Shown here one piece after another: positions 9,477 through 18,349 of a DNA stretch of 64,000 nucleotides (the stretch's first letter is position 1; every line of letters begins with the position of its first letter). Below the pieces are notes generated by a model. The model had not been told where the DNA came from. It saw only the letters and a list, made by a program, of their open reading frames with translations, and searched no databases. The stretch spans positions 17,045 through 81,044 of the forward strand of contig CALRGC010000001.1 of NCBI GenBank assembly GCA_943357105.1, read 5' to 3'. Position numbers and translations under genes: made by a program. The stretch is from Candidatus Magasanikiibacteriota bacterium. Lineage in GTDB: Bacteria; Patescibacteriota; Patescibacteriia; Magasanikbacterales; GWA2-37-8.

Positions 9477-9596
9477 TGAAAATTCTCGGATAATTTGCAA
9501 CTCACTCCGGCTCTGGCCATGAACTCGTCGCTCGGCTCCTCAAACAGCAGGGCCAGCCACGCCTGCGTGACTCACAAATTATTTCCGAGAATTTTC
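9477..9596. repeat. Structured repeat family 2, copy A: GC-rich ~75 bp core flanked by a ~21 bp AT-rich inverted repeat
   Basis: IR tgaaaattctcggataatttg / caaattatttccgagaattttca; core matches the reverse complement of 63669-63747 at about 80% identity. Confidence 0.7.
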
Positions 9597-9597
9597 A

Positions 9598-10017
9598 ATG
9601 GCTCGTTCGATTAAAATATTTATTCCATTTTTATATATGAATATCCTTGCTATTGATTTTGGAACGAAAAATATTGGCCTGGCCTGGAGCGATACCGGGA
9701 TTGGGGTGGTGTTTCCGTTTGGGGTGATTAAGAATGAGGATAAGAATAAAGCTAAAAAAGAATTGCTCGATTTTATTAAAAAAGAACACGCGGAAAAATT
9801 GGTAGTGGGTCTGCCGCTTTCTCTGGATGGCGCGGAAAATAAAAACACTGAGCGTATTCGGGAATTTGTTGCAGATTTAAAAACCGATATCAAAGTAGAA
9901 TTTTTTGACGAGCGGTTTTCATCGGCGCAGGCGGATCGCTCCGAGGGTGGGGTGAGTCGCGATGAAAAATCGGCCATGATAATTTTGGAGGGATATTTGC
10001 ACAAGCTAAAAAAATAA
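9598..10017 (+). CDS. ruvX: Holliday-junction resolvase-like nuclease YqgF/RuvX
   Basis: 139 aa; N-terminal ILAIDFGTKNIGLA motif. Confidence 0.8.
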   Translation: MARSIKIFIPFLYMNILAIDFGTKNIGLAWSDTGIGVVFPFGVIKNEDKNKAKKELLDFIKKEHAEKLVVGLPLSLDGAENKNTERIREFVADLKTDIKVEFFDERFSSAQADRSEGGVSRDEKSAMIILEGYLHKLKK

Positions 10018-10020
10018 AGC

Positions 10021-10728
10021 ATGTATTCCTTTGTTCTCAAGCGTTCTGATTTGCGTGAGCAGGACCAAATAGTGACCCTGTATACTTTGGAAAAAGGCAA
10101 AGTGGACGCTTTGGCGCGCGGGGTAAAAAAAATACTTAGCAAAAACTCGGCCTATCTGTTGCCGGTTTTTTTGATTGATGCCGAAGTGTTGTCCGGCAAA
10201 GAAGTAAATCATCTTACCAAGGCTGTGCCGGTATTTGTCTATAAAAATATTTTGGAGGATTTGAGTAAAATGAGTTTATTGCAAACGGTTTTCAAATGGG
10301 TAAATATTTTGACCAAGTACGAGCGCGAACCAAAAATTTTTCTTTTGATAAAAAGTTGGTTGGAATTTTTGGATGCTACGGATAAAGTGGAAACGGCTTT
10401 GGCGTATGGATTTCTGGGAAATATTTTAACGCATTTGGGGTTTGCGCCTGAGCTCGACAATTGTATTTTTTGTCAGAATAAAAATAATTTAGTGGCTTTT
10501 TATCCGGCCGGTGGCGGGGTGGTTTGTAAAAATTGTTTTTTGCTCAAGAGGCAGGCGGACAATAAAATTTATCCACTTCGAGCCATAGATTTACAGGCTA
10601 TGAGCTTGCTTTTCGCCAGTAATTGGCAAAAAATTCTGAGTCATAATACCGAGATTGCCAATCGGTTGGTATTTTTATATGGGCAATATCACAGTGAGCG
10701 AAAGTTGAATAAAATTAAACTTTTTTAG
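10021..10728 (+). CDS. recO: DNA repair protein RecO
   Basis: 235 aa; OB-fold N-terminus; C-terminal zinc motif CIFCQ...CKNC. Confidence 0.75.
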   Translation: MYSFVLKRSDLREQDQIVTLYTLEKGKVDALARGVKKILSKNSAYLLPVFLIDAEVLSGKEVNHLTKAVPVFVYKNILEDLSKMSLLQTVFKWVNILTKYEREPKIFLLIKSWLEFLDATDKVETALAYGFLGNILTHLGFAPELDNCIFCQNKNNLVAFYPAGGGVVCKNCFLLKRQADNKIYPLRAIDLQAMSLLFASNWQKILSHNTEIANRLVFLYGQYHSERKLNKIKLF

Positions 10729-10783
10729 TCAGTGGAGTGTGTTTTTATAAGTTATAATTATTTACTTTAAATTAAAATTATTG

Positions 10784-10803
10784 TAAACTATGTTCATAGT
10801 TTA
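10784..10803. promoter_or_regulatory. 20-bp near-perfect palindrome (taaactatg-tt-catagttta) immediately upstream of fic; operator-like
   Basis: aaactatg / catagttt inverted repeat with a 2-nt spacer, 10 bp before the fic ATG. Confidence 0.4.
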
Positions 10804-10812
10804 TTGAATTTT

Positions 10813-11901
10813 ATGCAACCGTATATTCCAGAGTCCCTGCCACTCAAAGAGTTAAATTGGGATAAGTATGTTTCTCTGATAGGCAAAGCTAATGCAGAAG
10901 TAGCCAGATTTGATGGTTTGCTACAAGGAATGCCAAATCCAGAAGTTTTGTTGTCGCCTCTTACTATGCAAGAAGCGGTTTTATCTTCCAAAATTGAAGG
11001 TACTATGGCATCTTTAAAGGATGTTTTAGAGTTTGAAGCTGATCCGCAAAAGAAAACAGAAAAATATGATGATATTCAAGAAGTTTTAAATTATAGAAAG
11101 GCAATGCGTTTTTCAGTAAAGGAAATGGAAACCCTGCCTCTGGTTAATAGGCTTATAAAAAATGTACATTCAATATTATTAGACAGTGTTCGCGGACAAA
11201 ATAAACAACCGGGTAGTTTTCGTAGTGGTCAAGTACATATTGGTAAACCAGGGAGTACCCTGGAAACCGCCACGTATGTTCCTCCTGTTCCAAATACAGT
11301 ATCGGATTGTATGAATAATTTGGAAAAGTATTTTCATTATGATGAAAAAGATTTTTTAGTCCAACTGGCCATCATTCATGGACAATTTGAAATTATTCAT
11401 CCGTTTTGGGACGGGAACGGTCGTATTGGTAGAATATTATTACCATTATTTTTATATTACAAAAAAGTTTTATCTACACCAATGTTCTATTTGAGCGCCT
11501 ATTTTGAATCTCACAGAGAAGAATACTATGATAAATTATTACATGTATCCAAGGATAAAGATTGGGATAGTTGGATTATTTATTTTTTACAAGCAATTAT
11601 AGAACAGTCACGAATAAATATAAAAAAGGCTACCGCAATCCATGCTCTGTATGATTCAAAAAAAGAAGAAATAATGAATCTTACCAACTCAAAGTACGCT
11701 ATTAAAACTTTAGATTTTATTTTTAGCTATCCTATTTTTAATAGCACCAATTTTATTAAAACATCCAAAATACCAAAACCTAGTGCTATGAGGGCTTTGT
11801 CGGCTTTAGAGAAAGGTGGTTTATTGAAGAAGATTCATGGTGGTTCCGGTAGAAAACCAGCCACCTATGTATTTGCTAAGTTGTTATCCATAGTTGGGTA
11901 G
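10813..11901 (+). CDS. fic: Fic/Doc family protein (AMPylase-type)
   Basis: Canonical Fic motif HPFWDGNGRIGR; ATG at 10813 preferred over TTG at 10804. Confidence 0.85.
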   Translation: MQPYIPESLPLKELNWDKYVSLIGKANAEVARFDGLLQGMPNPEVLLSPLTMQEAVLSSKIEGTMASLKDVLEFEADPQKKTEKYDDIQEVLNYRKAMRFSVKEMETLPLVNRLIKNVHSILLDSVRGQNKQPGSFRSGQVHIGKPGSTLETATYVPPVPNTVSDCMNNLEKYFHYDEKDFLVQLAIIHGQFEIIHPFWDGNGRIGRILLPLFLYYKKVLSTPMFYLSAYFESHREEYYDKLLHVSKDKDWDSWIIYFLQAIIEQSRINIKKATAIHALYDSKKEEIMNLTNSKYAIKTLDFIFSYPIFNSTNFIKTSKIPKPSAMRALSALEKGGLLKKIHGGSGRKPATYVFAKLLSIVG

Positions 11902-11919
11902 TAGTGTATCATGTAATCA

Positions 11920-11997
11920 ACACTAAATATCTTGTGTATCAAATATTGAAATAAATGACACACTAAATATCTTGTGTATCAAATGGCATATTTAGTA
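11920..11997. repeat. Two 25-bp direct repeats (acactaaatatcttgtgtatcaaat) 40 bp apart, plus inverted half-sites (atatttagt)
   Basis: Exact 25-mer at 11920-11944 and 11960-11984; reverse-complement half-sites at 11988-12010. Confidence 0.7.
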
Positions 11998-12175
11998 TCT
12001 TAGTGGCTATATTTAGCCATTATTTTATTTGAGTTGAGAATTAGAGGACAACAGGAAGTTCGTTTAATTTATACATTCCATAGTAATAAAGCTATAGTTT
12101 TGCACGGATTTTTGAAAAAGTCTCAAAAGATTCCGCAAAAGGAAATTGCTATAGCACAGAAAAAATTATTTTTAC

Positions 12176-12210
12176 TTGACATGGTATAACATATATGTTA
12201 TATTAAATAT
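12176..12210 (+). promoter_or_regulatory. promoter TTGACA-17-TATATT upstream of the XRE gene
   Basis: ttgacatggtataacatatatgttatatt. Confidence 0.5.
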
Positions 12211-12212
12211 GT

Positions 12213-12488
12213 ATGAAATTATATACCAAAATTAAAAGTCAACTTCTTAAAGATAAGCTAACTCGTAAGGCCTATAAAGACCTGGGTGTGGAATTTATGT
12301 TAGCACAAATGGTAATCGAGAAACGCCTTGCCAAGGGATTTACTCAAGCCACTTTGGCCCATAAATTAGGCACTAAGCAGTCCGCAATCGCGAGGCTTGA
12401 ATCTGGTAATTATAACCCGTCCCTAGCCTTTATGGAAAAAATTGCTAAGGCGCTAGATACAAAATTGAAAATTTCTCTAGTAAAATAA
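12213..12488 (+). CDS. XRE-family helix-turn-helix transcriptional regulator
   Basis: 91 aa; HTH LAQMVIEKRLAKGFTQATLAHKLGTKQSAIARLESG. Confidence 0.8.
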   Translation: MKLYTKIKSQLLKDKLTRKAYKDLGVEFMLAQMVIEKRLAKGFTQATLAHKLGTKQSAIARLESGNYNPSLAFMEKIAKALDTKLKISLVK

Positions 12489-12600
12489 TGACCATCAGGG
12501 TCGTTATTTTTATAATAATCAGTACCTTGCCTTTTTTAGCTTAATTTGATAAGATTTACCTGTTTTAGATTCCCGTTTTCACGGGAATGACAATATAAAT

Positions 12601-13893
12601 ATGAATATCCTTATTAAAGAAATTTCCAAACATGTCGGCGAGACCGTGACTATCAAAGGCTGGCTCTACAACAAACGCAGTAGCGGGCCAATCGCCTTCC
12701 TGGAATTGCGTGATGGTTTTGGGTTTGTGCAGGGTGTGGCGGTGCAAAACACTCTGGCTCCGGAAGTGTGGCAGGCTTGTGAAGATGTGACTCAGGAGTC
12801 GTCTATTGAAGTGTCCGGTGAAGTCACCAAACATCCAAAAAAAGAAAATGTTTTTGAATTGCAGATAAAAGATTTTAAGATTTTGCAAAAGGCCGTGGAT
12901 TATCCGATAGCGCACAAAGAGCATGGTCCGGATTTTCTCATGGACAATCGTCATCTGTGGCTACGTAGCAAACGCCAGTGGGCGATTTTGCGCGTGCGTG
13001 ACGCGGTGATTATGGCGATCAATGAATATTTGCATCAGCAGAATTTTATCAAGACCGATTCACCGGTTTTCACGCCCAATGCTTGTGAAGGTACGACCAC
13101 ACTTTTTGCCGTGCCATATTTTGATCTGGGCGAAGCGTTTCTTTCTCAGTCCGGTCAGCTCTATATTGAGGCGGCGATTGCGTCGGTGGGCCGCTGTTAT
13201 GATTTTGGTCCGGTGTTTCGCGCGGAAAAAAGTAAGACCAAACGCCATCTCACTGAATTTTGGATGATGGATGCCGAGGGCGCGTTTGTGGAACATGAAG
13301 AAAATTTGAAAATTCAAGAAGGTTTGGTGCGTCATATTGTGCGCTATTGTTTGGAACATTGTATGGAGGAACTCATTATCTTGGAACGCAATATTGAAAA
13401 TCTCAAAAAAGCCGACGCTCCGTTTACGTGCTATACTTATGATGAAGCGATAGTAAAATTAAACGCGATGGGTAGCGATATTAAATATGGTGAAGATTTG
13501 GGCAATGATGATGAAGGACTGCTGACCAAAGATTCGGAAGTGCCGGTCTTTATCGAAAAATGGCCAAAGAGTATTAAACCATTTTATATGAAACGATCGG
13601 CGGAAAATCCAGATTTGGTTTACAATGATGATTTGATTGCTACTGAAGGTGGCGGTGAATTGATCGGTGGTAGTCAGCGTGAAGATGATATTGAATTATT
13701 GATTGCTTGCATCAAAGCCGAAGGACTAAATGAAGCGGACTATAGCTGGTATACAGATCTGCGCAAATATGGCAGTGTGCCACATTCCGGATTTGGTATT
13801 GGGCTAGAGCGCGCGGTGCGCTGGATCACCGGTGTGGAGCATATTCGCGAATGTATTCCGTTCCCACGTACCATCAGCAGATTGAAACCATAA
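12601..13893 (+). CDS. asnS: class IIb aminoacyl-tRNA synthetase, asparaginyl (or archaeal-type aspartyl)-tRNA ligase
   Basis: 430 aa; N-terminal OB anticodon-binding domain; class II motifs (FRAE, GSQRE, GFGIGLER). Confidence 0.8.
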   Translation: MNILIKEISKHVGETVTIKGWLYNKRSSGPIAFLELRDGFGFVQGVAVQNTLAPEVWQACEDVTQESSIEVSGEVTKHPKKENVFELQIKDFKILQKAVDYPIAHKEHGPDFLMDNRHLWLRSKRQWAILRVRDAVIMAINEYLHQQNFIKTDSPVFTPNACEGTTTLFAVPYFDLGEAFLSQSGQLYIEAAIASVGRCYDFGPVFRAEKSKTKRHLTEFWMMDAEGAFVEHEENLKIQEGLVRHIVRYCLEHCMEELIILERNIENLKKADAPFTCYTYDEAIVKLNAMGSDIKYGEDLGNDDEGLLTKDSEVPVFIEKWPKSIKPFYMKRSAENPDLVYNDDLIATEGGGELIGGSQREDDIELLIACIKAEGLNEADYSWYTDLRKYGSVPHSGFGIGLERAVRWITGVEHIRECIPFPRTISRLKP

Positions 13894-13902
13894 AATTAAA
13901 AT

Positions 13903-13940
13903 AAAAAATCACTCGATTATTTCGGGTGATTTTATTTTTT
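13903..13940 (+). terminator. intrinsic terminator after asnS
   Basis: atcactcga-ttatt-tcgggtgat stem followed by a T-tract. Confidence 0.7.
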
Positions 13941-14100
13941 ACCTTTTCGTCCTGAAAAAATATTTTGGACTCATCAGTGACAGCGTTACTGTCAGAAGGT
14001 GTGGAGAATGGGCAGTCATTCTCCGGCCCCCTTTTTGTTTTTTAACTTTACCTCCTGGTTAGTTATTATTTTTTGACGTATCGCTCTGCCGGCGATCGTC

Positions 14101-14481
14101 TTACTGATCCAACTGATCGCAACTCACCGTGATCAAACGGTGTTGGTCGAATTGAGTCCCGCCGCTGAGATCGTAGTTGAGGCTGAGTTGGTTGAGGATC
14201 ACGAGGTGCTCTCTTGGTCCCTGAGAAAAAACCGTTTCACCGGCTTGCTTGGTGCATGGGGAGAAGAAGCGCCCAGGCGTCCCATTGATATTGGGACAGG
14301 ATTGCTCCAAGATCGTATGTTGAGCGGTGACGCCTTTGGCGATACCGATCGCATTGATATCACGGAGCTTCAGACCAGCAGTTTCGCACCGTCGTACCAA
14401 TTCGCTTTCGGTGATGCACTCCAGAGCCAGTTTGTTCAGATCTGCCTTGTTCATTGTTTCCTTGTCGTCCGTTTTGCCCAC
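14101..14481 (-). CDS. hypothetical protein in a GC-elevated (~50%) segment; strand and start uncertain
   Basis: 126-aa ORF with GTG start; internal ATG has an AAGGA RBS; an overlapping plus-strand ORF 14140-14541 is equally possible. Confidence 0.3.
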   Translation of the reverse strand: MGKTDDKETMNKADLNKLALECITESELVRRCETAGLKLRDINAIGIAKGVTAQHTILEQSCPNINGTPGRFFSPCTKQAGETVFSQGPREHLVILNQLSLNYDLSGGTQFDQHRLITVSCDQLDQ

Positions 14482-14609
14482 GGAACCGGGGAAAGAGCGT
14501 TGCTGAAATTAGGCCTCAGCCGACTGTCTACTCTAAAATAGATAATCGGTTAGTGTCTAACTTATGGCAGATAATATCTTCTATTTTTATGTTTGTCAAC
14601 CCTGTTCGT

Positions 14610-15182
14610 TTATTCTTTTTTTAGCGAGATTTTTTTAATAAATTTTTTAGTTTGTTTTGTTATTCTAATAGTGTATTTATCCGCATTTTTTGTTTTTATT
14701 TTATACAAATTAGCCTTAAAATTTAACCGAGCGATCATTTTTAAAACTTCATCGGCTAATTTCGGTATTATTGTTACAAAATTTACCATTATATATCCTC
14801 GATCGGAATAAATGGATCCGTCGGTTTCTATTAGTCCGCGCAGACATTCAATAGAAAATTTTTTATTATTCAATATCCATTTTGGTATTTTAATATTTTG
14901 TTTATGTTTCGGCCCATTATTTGCTTTCCAGCCAAGCAATTTTTCCCATTGATTGGAATAACAGCTGATATCGCAACAATTTTGTTTTCTGGTGACTATA
15001 GAAATTTTATTTTTAGACATTATTTCTCGTATAACTTCAATAATCCTTTGTCGCAATTTAGGATATTTATTATCACAAGTAATCCGTAGTCGTACGGCGC
15101 GTCCGTTGGGATTAGAAAGATTACCGTCGCCAATGGCGAGGCCTATTAGATAAGCTAGTTTACCCCTCCTAGTTTGAAGCAT
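14610..15182 (-). CDS. LAGLIDADG-family homing endonuclease (two motifs), free-standing, starting 3 nt after tRNA-Leu
   Basis: Motifs LIGLAIGDGNL and LRGLIETDGSI; the annotated ORF extension to 15242 overlaps the tRNA, so the internal ATG at 15182 was chosen. Confidence 0.7.
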   Translation of the reverse strand: MLQTRRGKLAYLIGLAIGDGNLSNPNGRAVRLRITCDNKYPKLRQRIIEVIREIMSKNKISIVTRKQNCCDISCYSNQWEKLLGWKANNGPKHKQNIKIPKWILNNKKFSIECLRGLIETDGSIYSDRGYIMVNFVTIIPKLADEVLKMIARLNFKANLYKIKTKNADKYTIRITKQTKKFIKKISLKKE

Positions 15183-15185
15183 ATT

Positions 15186-15270
15186 TGGTGCCGATGGTGG
15201 GACTTGAACCCACAAACCCGAAGGCACATGATTTTGAGTCATGCATGTTTACCAATTTCATCACATCGGC
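15186..15270 (-). tRNA. tRNA-Leu (anticodon CAA), long variable arm, CCA encoded
   Basis: Cloverleaf: acceptor GCCGATG/CATCGGC; anticodon loop CTCAAAA; T-loop GGTTCAAGTCC. Confidence 0.8.
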
Positions 15271-15325
15271 GCGGTTGCAACTCAATATTGCCAGCTAATT
15301 ATAGTAAATCTTTTGTTTTTTGTCA

Positions 15326-15352
15326 ACCTTATGATATAATATTGCTACTAAT
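15326..15352 (+). promoter_or_regulatory. promoter TTGTCA-15-TATAAT for parA
   Basis: ttgtcaaccttatgatataat. Confidence 0.5.
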
Positions 15353-15358
15353 AATTTT

Positions 15359-16126
15359 ATGTCTGTAGTGATCTCTGTAGTCAACCAAAAAGGCGGAGTG
15401 GGTAAGACTACTTCGGCCGTAAATCTCGCGGCCGGTCTCGCGGAAGCGGGTAAATTTGTGCTCCTTGTCGACCTAGATCCGCAGGGAAATGCCACTTCGG
15501 GACTGGGAATAAAATATCGTGAGCTGGCCAGTGGGCTCTATAATGCGCTGATGGGTCAGGCGCGCGTGCATGATGTGATTGCCAATACTTTGCATACCGG
15601 ATTGCGCGTGGTGCCAGCTACCGCCGACTTGGCAGGCGCCAATGTGGAGTTGGTGAGCGTGGATGGTCGGGAGCGCAAGCTGTCGGATCTGCTCGCTGAG
15701 GTGCGACATGCCTATGATTATGTGATTATTGATTGTCCGCCATCGCTTGGTATTCTTACGCTCAATGGTTTGGTGGCGGCGGACTACATCCTTATTCCAG
15801 TACAAGCCGAATATTACGCGCTCGAAGGTTTGGAACAACTTTTGAAAACTGTAGATTTGGTTCGTGAAAATATTAAGCCGGAATTAAATGTGCTGGGCGC
15901 GATTCTCACCATGTTTGATAGCCGCAATAAACTATCCGAAGAAGTAATGGGTGAACTATATAAATTTTTTCCAAATAATATTTTTCGTTCGGTCATTCCC
16001 CGCACCGTCCGACTGGCTGAAGCGCCCAGTTATGGAAAAAGTATTTTTCACTACGAACCAAAAGGCAAAGGCGCGAAAGCGTATGAGCGCCTCACGCGCG
16101 AAATTTTAGATTTATTTGAAAAATAA
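15359..16126 (+). CDS. parA: chromosome partitioning ATPase ParA/Soj
   Basis: Deviant Walker A KGGVGKTT. Confidence 0.9.
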   Translation: MSVVISVVNQKGGVGKTTSAVNLAAGLAEAGKFVLLVDLDPQGNATSGLGIKYRELASGLYNALMGQARVHDVIANTLHTGLRVVPATADLAGANVELVSVDGRERKLSDLLAEVRHAYDYVIIDCPPSLGILTLNGLVAADYILIPVQAEYYALEGLEQLLKTVDLVRENIKPELNVLGAILTMFDSRNKLSEEVMGELYKFFPNNIFRSVIPRTVRLAEAPSYGKSIFHYEPKGKGAKAYERLTREILDLFEK

Positions 16127-16976
16127 TATGTCATTAGGACGAGGATTAGGCGCGCTTATAACGCCCACCGGAAAAAATAATTCAGTCAGTGTCAGTGCCG
16201 ATGAAGGTAAAGTTTGGTTTATACCGCTGAGCAAAGTGACGGCTGATCCCAATCAGCCGCGTAAAAAATTTAATCAAGAGGAATTAAATCAATTAGCCGC
16301 GTCAATAAAAGAGCATGGCGTGCTTCAACCGATTTTGGTAGTAGAAAAAAACGACGGTGGTTATGAGTTGGTGGCTGGTGAACGCCGCTGGCGTGCTTCG
16401 CACATCGCGGGCATGACCACAATTCCGGCTTTAATTAAAAAATTGGCCGATCAACAAAAAGTAGAAATTTCTTTGATTGAAAATATTCAGCGCCAAGATT
16501 TGGATCCGATCGAAGAAGCCTTTGCGTATAAAAGATTGATGGAAGAATTTAATCTCACTCAGCAACAGGTGGCGGATAAAGTTGGCAAGAGTCGTCCGGC
16601 GGTGGCCAACGCGGTGCGATTGTTGGATTTACCGGTAGAGGTGCAGGCGGCTTTGGTAGAGAGGAAGATAAATTCTGGTCAGGCGCGTGCCTTGTTGGCT
16701 TTATCGACTGAAAAAGAACAGCTAGATATGCTCGCCTCGATGATGGGAGAAAAAATCACCGTGCGTGAGATTGAGCGTGAAGCCAACAAACAAAAAGTTT
16801 TGCATCATCGGCCGATTCGCAAAGATGCCAATCTGTTATTTTTGGAAGATAAATTGCGGGCGGAGTTTGGGACAAAAGTTAATATTACTCAAAAGGGGGA
16901 TAGAGGGACCGTCGTGATTGATTATTATTCGCAGGAGGAATTGAAGCGGGTGATTAAAAAATTACTTGGTGAATAA
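16116..16976 (+). CDS. parB: chromosome partitioning protein ParB/Spo0J
   Basis: ParB box GERRWRA; HTH. Confidence 0.9.
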   Translation: MKNNMSLGRGLGALITPTGKNNSVSVSADEGKVWFIPLSKVTADPNQPRKKFNQEELNQLAASIKEHGVLQPILVVEKNDGGYELVAGERRWRASHIAGMTTIPALIKKLADQQKVEISLIENIQRQDLDPIEEAFAYKRLMEEFNLTQQQVADKVGKSRPAVANAVRLLDLPVEVQAALVERKINSGQARALLALSTEKEQLDMLASMMGEKITVREIEREANKQKVLHHRPIRKDANLLFLEDKLRAEFGTKVNITQKGDRGTVVIDYYSQEELKRVIKKLLGE

Positions 16977-16987
16977 ATTTTTAAAAT

Positions 16988-17152
16988 AAAAAAGACTTTG
17001 GATTTTTTACCTGATAAAAGTTCGCATAATTGGCTATAAATTTTCGTTATGGCCCTAAGGGTAGGGCCATTGGCCTTACGGCCACCACTCAAATTTACTT
17101 AACGCCAATTAGGGGCTCACTTTTATGCGGTAAAAAATCCAAAGTCTTTTTT
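16988..17152. repeat. Structured repeat family 1, copy 2, between convergent parB and tsaD
   Basis: IR aaaaaagactttggattttttacc / ggtaaaaaatccaaagtctttttt; core about 88% identical to copy 1 with compensatory changes; A-tract and T-tract flanks. Confidence 0.8.
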
Positions 17153-17155
17153 ATT

Positions 17156-18235
17156 TTAAAAATTGAGGTGCCAATTTGGGTCTGCCTTTATATCCTCCCA
17201 TTTTGTATAATTATTCTTTTGGGCTTGGTAATATCCGGCCACGGCAATCATCGCGCCGTTATCCATGCAGTATTTTAATTCTGGGCAGAGGAATTTTGTG
17301 TCTGGGAAATTGTCGGTAATATTTTTTTGTAAACATTCCCGTAGTTTTTTATTGGCGCTGACGCCGCCAGCCAGCACCAAAGTTTTTGGTTTTATTTTTT
17401 CTACGGCCTTGAGAGTTTTATAGGCCAACACATCTACTATCGACTGTTCAAAGCTGGCGCAGAAATCTTCGCGGGTGATTGGGTCACCGGAGATACCTAG
17501 TCGGCTTGGCAACCAAGAAAAAATTTTTCCAATTCCAGTAGGATTTACAGCAGCTAGTTTATGATCCCGTAGCCAATACAGTGCGGCGGTTTTTAATCCG
17601 GAAAAAGAAAATTCAAAATTATTTTCTTTGATCATCGGACGCGGTAAATTTATCGCGTCAGTTTTGCCATTCATCGCCAGTTTGGAAATTTGAGGACCAC
17701 CGGGATAGGGAATATCCAATAATTTAGCGACTTTATCAAAACATTCACCAGCGGCATCATCTTTGGTGGCGCCGAGCACTTTATAACTTCCCGGTTCATT
17801 AATTTGGACTATTTCAGTATGACCTCCGCTCACGACTAGAGCAATCGCGGGATATTCGATTTTTTGTCCCGGCGTTAATTCCACCGAATATACATGACCC
17901 TGGAGATGATTGGTCGCAATAAGTGGGATGTTCCAGACCATAGATAAAGTGCGAGCGGCTTCCACGCCCACAATCAATCCGGTGATTAAGCCAGGTCCAG
18001 CCGTGACCGCGATGGCGTCAGGTTTCGGTTGGTCTTTGAGAATTTCTTCAATCAGTGGAATAATTTTTTCGGCATGCATGCGTCCGGCGATTTCCGGCAC
18101 TACACCGCCGTATTTTTTATGCACATCAATTTGCGAAGCAGTTTTTTCGGATAACACAACACAGCCTTGTTCACTACAATCTAGTAGTGCTACGGAAGTA
18201 TCATCACAAGATGATTCAATGCCAAGTATAATCAT
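17156..18235 (-). CDS. tsaD: tRNA N6-adenosine threonylcarbamoyltransferase TsaD
   Basis: 359 aa; Kae1/TsaD family (MIILGIESSCDDTSVALL). Confidence 0.9.
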   Translation of the reverse strand: MIILGIESSCDDTSVALLDCSEQGCVVLSEKTASQIDVHKKYGGVVPEIAGRMHAEKIIPLIEEILKDQPKPDAIAVTAGPGLITGLIVGVEAARTLSMVWNIPLIATNHLQGHVYSVELTPGQKIEYPAIALVVSGGHTEIVQINEPGSYKVLGATKDDAAGECFDKVAKLLDIPYPGGPQISKLAMNGKTDAINLPRPMIKENNFEFSFSGLKTAALYWLRDHKLAAVNPTGIGKIFSWLPSRLGISGDPITREDFCASFEQSIVDVLAYKTLKAVEKIKPKTLVLAGGVSANKKLRECLQKNITDNFPDTKFLCPELKYCMDNGAMIAVAGYYQAQKNNYTKWEDIKADPNWHLNF

Positions 18236-18275
18236 AAAATAGTGAAACTATTTAATCATAATTTTTCTCTCTTGG

Positions 18276-18314
18276 CAATAAAAACAGAACCCCACCGGCA
18301 TGTGCCGGTGGGGG
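18276..18314 (-). terminator. GC-rich intrinsic terminator for prs
   Basis: ccccaccggca-catg-ccggtgggg stem plus T-tract on the minus strand. Confidence 0.7.
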
Positions 18315-18349
18315 AAAGACTGTCGTGATACGCATCGGCTTGACGCGCA

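Noticed and set aside
11920-11997. Direct repeats that might suggest a CRISPR array
   Set aside because: Only two 25-bp units with one spacer, no cas genes, and inverted half-sites present. A regulator-binding array is the better fit.
12513-12600. Possible T-box or attenuator upstream of asnS (hairpin ttcccg-ttttca-cgggaa)
   Set aside because: The leader is only about 90 nt, with no specifier loop or T-box consensus. It is more likely the end of the XRE terminator region plus a small hairpin.
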